Shown here: positions 1 through 8,859 of the stretch, piece after piece
Position numbering within the stretch: position 1 is the stretch's first letter
Layout: the number at the start of each line of letters is the position of its first letter
Assembly (NCBI GenBank): GCA_963699755.1
Contig: CAVOVB010000001.1
Coordinates: 512,001-576,000 of the forward strand
Origin: an uncultured delta proteobacterium
Lineage (GTDB): Bacteria; Myxococcota_A; Polyangia; Polyangiales; Houyiibacteriaceae
Reading direction: 5' to 3'
Length of the DNA: 64,000 nt
Translations under genes and position numbers: made by a program
The notes under the pieces: model-generated
What the model saw: the letters and a program-made list of their open reading frames with translations, nothing else
Told to the model about the DNA's origin: nothing
Database searches by the model: none

Positions 1-1115
1 GCATCCATCCCGCCCGCGCCAGGTGTGAAGTGGATCTGAAAAATCGGACGTTCCGCGCCCTCGTTCGGCACGAAGCCACCCACGTTGCAAGCCGGCATCG
101 TGAGCGGTCCCTTCTTCATGAACATGTACTTCAGCACGGCGAGGACGACTCGGGGGAATTTCCCGTCCTCCGAAAGGCAGTGCTTGGTCTTCACTCCTTG
201 CTGAACCCAGATCTGAAAATGATCTTGAAGGTTCTCGCCAACGCCGCGAAGCTCATGCTTCAGCTCGATGCCGAGCTTGGAAAGCACTTCCGGGTTGCCA
301 ATCCCGGACTGCTCGAGCAGCGGCGGCGAGTTGTAGGTGCCAGCAGAGAGCACGACTTCGCGATGGGCGTTAACCCGGTGCACCTTGCCCTTCGCGTCCT
401 TGTACTCGATGCCAATGGCCTTCTTCCCTTCGAGCAAAATGCGCTGTGCGACGGCCTTGATCACAATAGTGAGGTTCGGTCGCTTCTTGACGTCCGCGCT
501 TAGAAACGCGTCGGCCGAGCTCCAGCGTTGACCGCCTTTCATATTCACCTGGACGTAGCCGATGCCCTCTTGCTTCTCGCCGTTGATGTCGTCGTTGCGG
601 GGAATGCCAACGCTTACGGCCGCCTCGATGTACGCGTCGCTGATGTCGTATTTCATCTGGACGTGCGTGACGTTCAGCTCCCCACCCTTGGCGTGATACT
701 CGTTGGCCGGGCCGGGCTCGAAGTTCTCCGAGCGCTTGAAGTAGGGAAGCATGTTCTTGTACGACCAGCCCTGGCATCCTGGGAGCGCGCCCCAGTCGTC
801 ATAGTCCTGTCGCTGACCGCGCATGTAGACCATTCCGTTGATCGAGCTGCAGCCACCAAGAACCCGGCCGCGCACCACGCTCATTTCGCGGTTGTTGAGG
901 TGCGGCTCGGGCTCGGTCTTGTAGAGGTTCGTCGTCTTCGCGTCGTACATCAGCTGGGTGAAGCCGATGGGCATCTTGATCAGTGGGCTACTGTCCTTGC
1001 CGCCAGCCTCCAACAACAAAACCCGGTTCCCCGGATCTGCAGATAGGCGATTGGCAAGACAGCAGCCTGCTGACCCTGCCCCGACCACGATGAAATCAAA
1101 AGCGTCTTCAGGCAT
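1..1115 (-). CDS. GMC family oxidoreductase (choline dehydrogenase-like), 3' end outside the window
   Basis: Manual translation from the minus-strand ATG at 1115: MPEDAFDFIVVGAGSAGCCLANRLSADPGNRVLLLEAGG (GxGxxG FAD motif), later GRVLGGCSSINGMVYMRG. Not in the ORF track because it is open to the window edge. Confidence 0.9.
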   Translation of the reverse strand, partial: MPEDAFDFIVVGAGSAGCCLANRLSADPGNRVLLLEAGGKDSSPLIKMPIGFTQLMYDAKTTNLYKTEPEPHLNNREMSVVRGRVLGGCSSINGMVYMRGQRQDYDDWGALPGCQGWSYKNMLPYFKRSENFEPGPANEYHAKGGELNVTHVQMKYDISDAYIEAAVSVGIPRNDDINGEKQEGIGYVQVNMKGGQRWSSADAFLSADVKKRPNLTIVIKAVAQRILLEGKKAIGIEYKDAKGKVHRVNAHREVVLSAGTYNSPPLLEQSGIGNPEVLSKLGIELKHELRGVGENLQDHFQIWVQQGVKTKHCLSEDGKFPRVVLAVLKYMFMKKGPLTMPACNVGGFVPNEGAERPIFQIHFTPGAGGMD

Positions 1116-1147
1116 TTCGTCTCACAGCCTTCGAGTCGCAAACCACC

Positions 1148-2194
1148 GTGGTTTTCTATCACAGGACGAGGCGGGGACAACCTCGAGGGTTTTTTGGCGC
1201 GACGCGCGCGCTCAACTATGATTCGCCGAATTCAGCAGATTGCCCGCATTGGGAGGTTGGGATGAAGGGAATGTGTGTACCGTCAAGGCTCATCAGACCG
1301 CGCCCCGTGCTCGTCGTAATGGCGTTCGCGACGTGGGGAAGCAGCGCATCGGCGCAGAAGGAGGAGATTCCGGATAGCGTCGCGGCCGACGTCAGCGCGG
1401 GTAAGACCGAAGCGGCCGGCGATGCAACCTTCTTGGCGGCTCCCGAAGCCGATGCCGCCGAAGAGGTTCCGGAAGCAGAGCCGGAGCTCGAAGTCGATTG
1501 GACCCTCAACGCCGGTGGCGCGATCAACACCGGCAACACCCGTTCGTGGAATGTCAATGCCGGCTCCGATGTCATCCTCGCGAAGACGGACCATCGGCTG
1601 ACCTTGGGGGCGCTCTTCAACTTCGGCCGGGCGGCCGTTGCACTACCGGACCCTTACACGACCGTAGCGCGGCAGTTCTTTTTCGCCTCCCGGTACGACT
1701 ACTTCTTCACCGAGAAGGACGCTGTCTGGGCCGGGCTTTCCTATCGCTGGGATCCGCTCGCCGGCTTCCGCGCCCAGCTGCTGGCCAACGCCGGTTACCT
1801 CCGGGCGTTCATCAAAACCGACAAGCACTACTTCGCCGGGCGCATCGGCTACAGCTATACGTTTGAGAACTACCAACCGCCTTCGGACCTCACCAGCAAC
1901 TCGAACATTCAGGGCCTCTTGGCGGCGCTCGACTACGAGAATAGGCTCAACGAGCACGTCGAATTCCTCGCGAGCATCGTGACCATCTACAACCTCAACA
2001 AGGTCGAGGTTCAAAACGCGCTGCCATTCCAGGACATCCGCATTTATCTGACCGCCGCGCTGCTCTCGAAGCTGACCGACAAGCTAGCCTTCGAAGCCCG
2101 TTTCCTGATGCTCTACGATCGCCTCCCGCCAGGCCCAGCTCTCGTCAAGGTCGACACCACCACCTTGTTCAGCTTGGTCTACACGTTCATGTAG
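1148..2194 (+). CDS. DUF481-type outer-membrane beta-barrel protein (true start probably 1262-1319)
   Basis: Signal-peptide-like segment, NTGNT motif, alternating beta-strand pattern, aromatic C-terminus (LVYTFM). Confidence 0.7.
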   Translation: MVFYHRTRRGQPRGFFGATRALNYDSPNSADCPHWEVGMKGMCVPSRLIRPRPVLVVMAFATWGSSASAQKEEIPDSVAADVSAGKTEAAGDATFLAAPEADAAEEVPEAEPELEVDWTLNAGGAINTGNTRSWNVNAGSDVILAKTDHRLTLGALFNFGRAAVALPDPYTTVARQFFFASRYDYFFTEKDAVWAGLSYRWDPLAGFRAQLLANAGYLRAFIKTDKHYFAGRIGYSYTFENYQPPSDLTSNSNIQGLLAALDYENRLNEHVEFLASIVTIYNLNKVEVQNALPFQDIRIYLTAALLSKLTDKLAFEARFLMLYDRLPPGPALVKVDTTTLFSLVYTFM

Positions 2195-2241
2195 CGGGGC
2201 AGCGGGTGCCCTCGACGAGATCGAGGGAACCCAGCGCCCCG
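2195..2241. terminator. GC-rich hairpin between convergent genes, possible bidirectional terminator
   Basis: CGGGGC..GGGT.CCCTCGA-loop-TCGAGGG.ACCC..GCCCCG inverted repeat; no clear U-tract. Confidence 0.5.
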
Positions 2242-2257
2242 TCCATGTTTCGCGCGG

Positions 2258-2677
2258 CTACTGCTTGGCGAGTAGGTCGCGAATCTCTTCGAGAAGCACT
2301 TCCTCTTTGGGCGGTGGCGGAGGAGCTGCCTCTTGGGCGGCCTCTTCCTTCTTTCGAAGCGAGTTCATGCCCTTGATCATCATGAAGATCACGAACGCGA
2401 TGATCACGAAGTCGAAGACCGACATCAGGAAGGACCCGTACTTGAGCACCGCGGCGCCTGCTTCTTGAGCGGCCGCAAGCGATTCGTAGCTTCCATCCCC
2501 GAGCAGGATGTAACTCTGGCTTACGTCGAAGCCCCCAGTGAACAGGCTGATCACTGGCATCAGCACGTCACCGACCAGCGAAGCAATGATCTTCCCGAAG
2601 GCCGCGCCAATGATGATGCCCACGGCCATGTCCATCACGTTGCCCTTGAGGGCGAACTCTTTGAACTCTTTCAACAT
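2258..2677 (-). CDS. mscL: Large-conductance mechanosensitive channel
   Basis: [31 protein letters not shown] ... LLEEIRDLL signature. Confidence 0.97.
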   Translation of the reverse strand: MLKEFKEFALKGNVMDMAVGIIIGAAFGKIIASLVGDVLMPVISLFTGGFDVSQSYILLGDGSYESLAAAQEAGAAVLKYGSFLMSVFDFVIIAFVIFMMIKGMNSLRKKEEAAQEAAPPPPPKEEVLLEEIRDLLAKQ

Positions 2678-2807
2678 CGATTATCCTCTTTCATTCCAGC
2701 ACCTCGACACCGAGGCGGGGTCTGTATGCCCGCATTCGTACGTGGCCGCAACGGGGCCTATTCACTTCACCCGTTTGGACGACGTGTTCGAGGCTCGCCG
2801 AGCGACC

Positions 2808-3950
2808 TTACCGCGCGACGAAGGTCACATCACGCTCATTTTCCTCGGCGTATTCCGCTGACAAAAACTCGTCGTAGCCGACCTGGTCGAGCAGAAAACG
2901 CTTGAAGTGGGCGACCATGTACAGGTTCTGAAGCCGTTGCGCCTCGGCGATCGAGAACACCTCGTCGGTACAGGTGTCGTTGTAGGGCTGAATCAGCGCG
3001 GCAGCGCCGAGGCCTGACCAGGAATCCTGAGCGAGCATCAGGACGTCCAGGAGGAAATCCCCGATCTCGCAGACATTGGCAAAGTGGGTGTGATTTGCAC
3101 CGATGACTTCGACCTTGAAGAGCGCTTCGGCATTGGGCATCCGATCGAACACATAGTCGTGGTTCTCGAGCGCGCCCGGGTCCAAGGTGCCGACGAGGAG
3201 AATGGTAGGTTCGGTCACCGTCGCGAGGGCTTCTTCGCCGAAGTTGTTGGCGCCGACGCCGCCGGCGATGACACCGATGGCCTTGACTCGCGGGTCCGGG
3301 TCGGCGCCAGCCCAGCCAGCTACGGTGCCAAGGGCCGTGCTTCCACCAAACGAGTGCCCAAGGACGCCGACCTTGGACTCGTCGATGCGGCCTTCGAACG
3401 CATCTCCACTGGTCTTGGAGCGCTCGAACATCTCGTCGATCAGCGCAGAGACATCGAGCACACGCTTTTCTGCGGGGGCTGGATCACTTTGGTCGAGCGC
3501 GGTGTTTCCGGTGTGCTCTGGCGAAGCGACGATGAAGCCGTGACTGGCCAAGGTTTCCATCAGCGGGGTGGACTGCGTGTTGATCCCGCCAAAGCCGTGC
3601 GAGAAAACCAAGAACGCCAAGGGTCCATCGGCCGACGACACGGGAAGGTCGTCCACCGCCAGATCCGAAGGGAGCGATATGCCGCCCTGGAGCGGGTACC
3701 TGGTCACCGGTTCGGCTGCCGCATCGGCCTCATCGACCGGATACCAAACATCGACGATCAGCTCACGACCGTCACGCGCATCGTCGACCAGCGTGAACGC
3801 CGTATGCCCAATTGCATACGCCCCTAGCGCGTCCGGCGCGCTGACCTCTTCGGTGGTGCTGGCACCACTTTCCCCGCCGCACGAGGCGAGCACGGAAGCC
3901 AAAACGACCCATACGAGGAAGGAACCACGCTGCGTCTGCTGTACTTTCAT
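2808..3950 (-). CDS. Alpha/beta hydrolase lipoprotein (dienelactone hydrolase/PAF-AH-like)
   Basis: Lipobox LASC, FSHGFGG, nucleophile elbow GHSFGG, GANHTHF. Confidence 0.8.
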   Translation of the reverse strand: MKVQQTQRGSFLVWVVLASVLASCGGESGASTTEEVSAPDALGAYAIGHTAFTLVDDARDGRELIVDVWYPVDEADAAAEPVTRYPLQGGISLPSDLAVDDLPVSSADGPLAFLVFSHGFGGINTQSTPLMETLASHGFIVASPEHTGNTALDQSDPAPAEKRVLDVSALIDEMFERSKTSGDAFEGRIDESKVGVLGHSFGGSTALGTVAGWAGADPDPRVKAIGVIAGGVGANNFGEEALATVTEPTILLVGTLDPGALENHDYVFDRMPNAEALFKVEVIGANHTHFANVCEIGDFLLDVLMLAQDSWSGLGAAALIQPYNDTCTDEVFSIAEAQRLQNLYMVAHFKRFLLDQVGYDEFLSAEYAEENERDVTFVAR

Positions 3951-4123
3951 TGCCCTCTAGTCCTCATCGTTCCGCCTGCCCCGCGCGCCCGAAGTGTAAG
4001 TCCACAGACCCGCGGATGAAAGCCAAATGCTGCGACAGCATAGGACCTAGATCAAGTCCCGAAGCTCGAAAGCTGCCCCGAGGTTGGCGGCGAGTCCCCG
4101 CCCGCGCTACCCCGAGCAAAACG

Positions 4124-5347
4124 ATGTCGGACAAGATCACCCCGAGCCAGGCCGCATGGAACCGTTTCGCCGATCAGCTCAAGGAAGTCGGAGAGAAAAT
4201 CGTTGGCCCCATCGGCGCTAGAAGCCCTCGCGAGCGAGCGGATGGCTTTCGCTACCTGGCCTCGTTGATCGCCGCTGGGCAGGAGCTCGAGATGGAGGCA
4301 GACCGCGCGCATCCGGTGCTCGCGCGCGCCTTCACGCCGCTCCGGAGCTTCGTCGGTGACGGGCCCGACACCCTATACCACGACGCCAAGCTCGACGAGT
4401 CGCTATCGTACGAGCTCACGGTCCGACGCGGTGACGACATCTTCTTCTCAATCGTCGTCTACGCGAGCGACGACGAGGGCATGCGCTCCATGGTGAGCTT
4501 CTTGATCGACAAGGACATCGCCTTCGAAGAAGACGGAGGCGATCAGCTGGCAACGATCCACATCAGTCGGGAGCGTCCGGAGGGCGCGAAGAACTGGTTG
4601 AAGCTCGAGGGCCAGCAGCCCTTCATCATGACGCGACAGTATTTCCCCGAGTGCGTGATCAACGTCGACCGGGGCAAGTACCGCCCCGCCATCATGAACA
4701 TTCGATGCACCGACGAGATGCCGCCCCCCGCCGAGTACTCCGTTGTCGATCTCTCCGCCGGGCTCGACCGCCTCGTCGCGTTCATGCACGACACGGTCGA
4801 CGCTGGCTTGGGCGTCTCGGCCATCGTGGGCATGAGCATGATTGAGTACGAGGGCAACGCGCACTCGAGACCGACGCGAATCGGAGCAGACGGCCAGCTC
4901 GCCGTGGAAGAAGGAGAGCACGAAGAGTACACGCCCGACGAGGTCTTCGAGATGATCGACCCGAAGGTGGTCGCGAACAATCTCCCCGGTCCAGGCATCG
5001 GCTACTCGGGGGTTTCGTTCAAGCTGGCCGATGACGAAGTGATCGTCATCGAAGGCAAAGACGTCCCGTGCCGGTACTGGTCATGCCAGGTCTTCGACCA
5101 TTACCTCCAATCGGGCGACTACCGGCATCATCCAGTGGCGCTCAACAATCGCCAGACCGTGTACGACGACGACGGATCCTTTCGGATCTACGCCTGCGGC
5201 GAGAACCCCGGCGTGAAGAACTGGATCAGCACGGAGGGCCGGCGACGTGGCCAGATCGTCCTCCGAACCCTGCTTGCCGAAACCGACCTCCTCCCCGAAA
5301 TGCGGGTCATCAAGATCGCCGATATTCCGAAGCGCGACCGCGTCTAG
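4124..5347 (+). CDS. DUF1214-like hypothetical protein
   Basis: Start MSDKITPSQAAW; motifs GPDTLY, CRYWS, DDDGSFRI..NPGVKNWIST resemble DUF1214 proteins. Confidence 0.65.
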   Translation: MSDKITPSQAAWNRFADQLKEVGEKIVGPIGARSPRERADGFRYLASLIAAGQELEMEADRAHPVLARAFTPLRSFVGDGPDTLYHDAKLDESLSYELTVRRGDDIFFSIVVYASDDEGMRSMVSFLIDKDIAFEEDGGDQLATIHISRERPEGAKNWLKLEGQQPFIMTRQYFPECVINVDRGKYRPAIMNIRCTDEMPPPAEYSVVDLSAGLDRLVAFMHDTVDAGLGVSAIVGMSMIEYEGNAHSRPTRIGADGQLAVEEGEHEEYTPDEVFEMIDPKVVANNLPGPGIGYSGVSFKLADDEVIVIEGKDVPCRYWSCQVFDHYLQSGDYRHHPVALNNRQTVYDDDGSFRIYACGENPGVKNWISTEGRRRGQIVLRTLLAETDLLPEMRVIKIADIPKRDRV

Positions 5348-5417
5348 CGAACAAGCCCTAGGCAGCGGCACGACTTCTCGGTGGCCTCCCAGCAGGCGCA
5401 GAAGTACTATCGGACCG

Positions 5418-5744
5418 ATGCCGGATCAGCCGGAGATGGGAGTTCTCTTTGCTGCACGGGATTGGAAGGCAGCCGGTCACGGCGTCGCGCTCGCGACCGT
5501 GGTGAGAACCTGGGGGTCTTCACCAAGGCCCGCTGGGAGCCACCTGGCCGTCCGTGATGATGGCGCCTTTCTAGGGTCGGTGTCGGGCGGCTGCGTAGAA
5601 GGCGCCGTGGTTGGGGAGGCACTCGAGGTGATGAAGACCGGCGTCTCGAGGGTCCTCGAGTTCGGCGTCACCAACGAGCGCGCTTGGGAAGTGGGCCTCG
5701 CCTGTGGCGGCACCATTCGCGTCTTGTTGGAGCCGCTCCTGTGA
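5418..5744 (+). CDS. xdhC: XdhC/CoxI family, N-terminal-domain protein
   Basis: ATVVRTWGSSPRPAGS..GSVSGGCVEG..VGLACGGTI motifs. Confidence 0.88.
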   Translation: MPDQPEMGVLFAARDWKAAGHGVALATVVRTWGSSPRPAGSHLAVRDDGAFLGSVSGGCVEGAVVGEALEVMKTGVSRVLEFGVTNERAWEVGLACGGTIRVLLEPLL

Positions 5745-6808
5745 AATCGCAAACCCTGACGGCGTTACTCGCAGACATCGAACGGAACACCCCCGTCGTT
5801 CTCGCGACGAACCTCGACTCGGGCGACCAACGTCTACTGCGCCGAGGCGACGGTATGACAGCGATCGAACGAGCCGATGTCGAGCTTGCTCTGAGATTGG
5901 ACGCCTGCGTGACGACCGACGCCGAAGCCTCAGAAGCCATCTTCTACGAACCGTTCAACCCACCGCTTCGCATGATCCTGGTCGGCGCTGTCCACATCGC
6001 CCAGCCCTTGTCCGCGATGGCGACGCTCAGCGGCTACGACGTGACGATCGTCGATCCTAGGGAATCGTTTGCGGCGTTGGACCGTTTCCCTGGCGTCACG
6101 CTCCACCTCGACTGGCCGGATGCAGCCCTCGAGTCTCTTGGCCTCGATGCGCGCTGCGCCGTCGTCACCTTGACCCACGATCCGAAGCTCGACGACCCCG
6201 CCCTCCAGGTGGCTCTTCGAAGCGAAGCGTTCTTCATCGGCTGTCTTGGAAGCAAGAAGACCCATGCGTCTCGCCTGTGCAGGTTCCGCAAGGCAGGGTT
6301 TGGGGAGACGGACCTCGAACGCCTCAAGGGGCCGGTCGGCTTGCCGATCGGCTCCAGCTCGCCCGCCGAAATCGCGGTATCGGTCCTCGCCCAAGTCACC
6401 CAGACCCTCCGAAACCCATCACCCAAGGTCTCGCAAAAGGGGATAGTCCCCTTTTTCAGTCGTGGCAGCTCGAAGACCTTGGATTTTTTGCGCAACCAGG
6501 AGTTCTTCGAGATGGACTTAGACGAGCAAACCCGGATGGAAATCGAGTCAGCGGCGTTCCGACGGCTGGTCACTCACCTGCGCGAGCGGACCGATGTCCA
6601 GAACATCGCGATCATGGAGCTCGCGGGGTTCTGCAGAAACTGCCTGGCGCGCTGGTACCAGGAAGCCGCCGAAGAAAAGGGGCTCGGCATCGATCAGGAA
6701 ACCGCCCGCGCGTTGATCTACGGCATGCCCTACTCCGAGTGGAAAGAGAAGTACCAGAGCGAAGCGAGCCCGGAGCAGAAGGCCGCGTTTGATCAGCATC
6801 ACGAGTAG
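5741..6808 (+). CDS. XdhC C-terminal (Rossmann) domain protein, in frame with a DUF1244 domain that starts at 6512
   Basis: GTG start overlaps the previous TGA; GAVHIAQ, THDPKLDD, GCLGS, GPVGLPIG..PAEIAVS; then DUF1244 motif AFRRL..DVQNI..AGFCRNCL..IYGMPY.EWK. Confidence 0.8.
   Translation: MKSQTLTALLADIERNTPVVLATNLDSGDQRLLRRGDGMTAIERADVELALRLDACVTTDAEASEAIFYEPFNPPLRMILVGAVHIAQPLSAMATLSGYDVTIVDPRESFAALDRFPGVTLHLDWPDAALESLGLDARCAVVTLTHDPKLDDPALQVALRSEAFFIGCLGSKKTHASRLCRFRKAGFGETDLERLKGPVGLPIGSSSPAEIAVSVLAQVTQTLRNPSPKVSQKGIVPFFSRGSSKTLDFLRNQEFFEMDLDEQTRMEIESAAFRRLVTHLRERTDVQNIAIMELAGFCRNCLARWYQEAAEEKGLGIDQETARALIYGMPYSEWKEKYQSEASPEQKAAFDQHHE
6435..6455. repeat. Short palindrome AAAAGGGGA-TAG-TCCCCTTTT (REP-like or terminator-like)
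   Basis: Perfect 9-bp inverted repeat with a 3-nt loop. Confidence 0.6.
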
Positions 6809-6817
6809 GGTCAGGCC

Positions 6818-7237
6818 ATGGAGTTTGGCGCGGTCGACATCGACGCTACCGGCTTCGGAAGGTCGATTCTCGCCCATACACTACGGCTCCGCGACGGCGC
6901 TGAGGCTATCCAGAAGTGATCGATCCTACGGCAAAGGACATCGGTCGCCTCCGGGAGACCGCCTACGCGCGAATCGTGGCCGCGCAGTTGGAAAAAGGCG
7001 ACGTACACGAAGACGATGCGGCGCAGAAACTAGCTTCGTTCTTCAAGCATCCTTCGATCAGCGCATCGGCGATTGTAGACCGCGGCGACGTCATCCCTTC
7101 GGGGCTGATTGACGCCGGCGGCGAGGTTACGCATTTGGGCATGCCCGGCGATCCGGGGAATCCCTTGATGCTTGGAACGCTGGGCGACAGGACGGCTTGG
7201 CGTCGGTGACCTCTTGAAGGAGATTCCAGGACGACCC
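6818..7237 (+). pseudogene. Remnant of the molybdopterin-binding N-terminal half of a MoeA-like/MocA fusion gene
   Basis: MEFGAVD..ILAHTLRL (stop), then another frame ..AQLEKGDVHEDDAAQKLA | SASAIVDRGDVIP..GMPGDPGNPLMLG, then LGVGDLLKEIPGRPMPR; frameshifts and missing internal blocks. Confidence 0.7.
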
Positions 7238-7885
7238 ATGCCCCGAAACCTCACGAATCCGCGTCGATCGAACAAGCATATCGCCGCCGTGGTGCTTGCG
7301 GCGGGGGAGTCGCGAAGAATGGGCGACGCAAACAAGCTCGCGATGATGGTGGATGGGACCCCGATGGTGGCAAGGGTCGTCGATGAGCTTATGGGGAGCC
7401 GTGTGGATCGGGTCATCGTCGTCACGGGACATGAACGCGAGCGCATCGAGGACGCCTTATCGGGTCGCGAGGTGGAGATCGTGCACAATCCGGACTACGA
7501 AGAGGGGATCGCTGCCTCGGTTCGAACCGGCATCGCGACGCTTGGAAACGACGTGCATGGGGCGCTGGTGGCGCTTGGTGATATGCCGTGGGTGAGCACC
7601 GAGGTCATCGATCGACTGGTGGATGCGTTTGCGTCGGACGGAGAGCTCAGTATTTTCATTCCGACATTTGGGAGGAAACGCGGCAACCCGGTTCTGTGGG
7701 GTTCGCAGCACTTCCCCGAGCTTCTCGCACTCTCAGGCGACGTCGGGGGCAAAGCACTCTTTCACCGGCATGCCGCTGCGATCTGCTATGTCGACGTCGA
7801 AAGTCCTGGCGTGAACATCGACGTGGACACGCCCAACGCCTCGCGGGAAGGGGAATCCAGGCCCCGCCGATCGGGGGTTCACTGA
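7238..7885 (+). CDS. mocA: Molybdenum cofactor cytidylyltransferase-like nucleotidyltransferase domain
   Basis: VLAAGESRRMG..NKL, LGDMP, RGNPVLW, GDVGGK, DVDTP. Confidence 0.75.
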   Translation: MPRNLTNPRRSNKHIAAVVLAAGESRRMGDANKLAMMVDGTPMVARVVDELMGSRVDRVIVVTGHERERIEDALSGREVEIVHNPDYEEGIAASVRTGIATLGNDVHGALVALGDMPWVSTEVIDRLVDAFASDGELSIFIPTFGRKRGNPVLWGSQHFPELLALSGDVGGKALFHRHAAAICYVDVESPGVNIDVDTPNASREGESRPRRSGVH

Positions 7886-8859
7886 GCGGCGATAATCACG
7901 CTGACCTTGCCGAGCCCTTGGCCGCGCACCGTCACTTCATCGCCGACTGCAAGGAAACGCGACCTTTCTCCGTCGAGCTTGGACGCGAGCTTGCGAAAGC
8001 GGCTCAGTCTCACGAGCTTGCTCAAGCGTACCAACCAGCGAGACGTGCGCATGGCGACGCCCCCCGGAGTGCCCGTGAGGACGATCGTGCCCTTCGAGAG
8101 TGGCGCCTCGGGAAACTCGGCGTGAACGAAGCGCAGCATCTGGAGCGGCGTGTAGATCAGATCCGCCGTCGACTGGTGCTGACGAACTTCACCGTTCACC
8201 AGGCTTTCGATCTCGACACAGGGAATACCGTTGGGCATGGGCTTCTCAGGCACCCAGGCCTTGTCCGCGACGGGCATGAAGCCGGGGAAGCTCTTCGATA
8301 GGCCCCAATACGCATGACGGTTCGGTCGTCCCTCGCCGAGAATGCCGACCGATCTCGCGGAAAGGTCGTTGGCGATGAAGAACCCGAGCCGCGGCGCGAA
8401 GCTCGGGTCGTCCAGCCGCGACGGGTCGACGTCCTCGAGCAAGACGAACCCCATCTCGACCTCGTAGTCGAGCAAGGGTGCCAAATCCGGGAAGTCGCTG
8501 CGAAGGGTCTCCCCCAGCCCGAGCTCGAGCGAATCGGCGCTCTCGATGAGCACCTCCGGAGTGGGAAACGGCACCTGAGCGCCCGTCCGCACGACGCTAC
8601 TGCGGCTCTTCACGAACACAGGAGGCGACGCGTCTCGATCGAACGACGAAGCGGTCTCTTCAATGTGGCCCGCATACGAGAGGCCGATCCCGAAGGCCTG
8701 GTTGGGCGCGTCGAGAGGCACGTACGCCCCCTGCCCCAGGTCGTAGCATTGGAACTCTGCCGGCACCGGCACGTCCGACAGCGGCCGAAAAAGGAAATAG
8801 CCGAGCGCCACGATGGAGAGCAAGACCGCGGCCGCGACCCCAAAAAAGATTCGTTTCAT
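7879..8859 (-). CDS. Fumarylacetoacetate hydrolase family protein with N-terminal membrane anchor
   Basis: GLSYAGH, PPVFVK, DYEVEM, ANDLSAR, SKSFPGF, LTGTPGGV; ATGA overlap with the upstream gene. Confidence 0.85.
   Translation of the reverse strand: MKRIFFGVAAAVLLSIVALGYFLFRPLSDVPVPAEFQCYDLGQGAYVPLDAPNQAFGIGLSYAGHIEETASSFDRDASPPVFVKSRSSVVRTGAQVPFPTPEVLIESADSLELGLGETLRSDFPDLAPLLDYEVEMGFVLLEDVDPSRLDDPSFAPRLGFFIANDLSARSVGILGEGRPNRHAYWGLSKSFPGFMPVADKAWVPEKPMPNGIPCVEIESLVNGEVRQHQSTADLIYTPLQMLRFVHAEFPEAPLSKGTIVLTGTPGGVAMRTSRWLVRLSKLVRLSRFRKLASKLDGERSRFLAVGDEVTVRGQGLGKVSVIIAAQ

Noticed and set aside
1194..1212. Sigma-54 promoter TTGGCGCG-N-GC
   Set aside because: The -12 element lacks TTGC; likely chance in GC-rich DNA.
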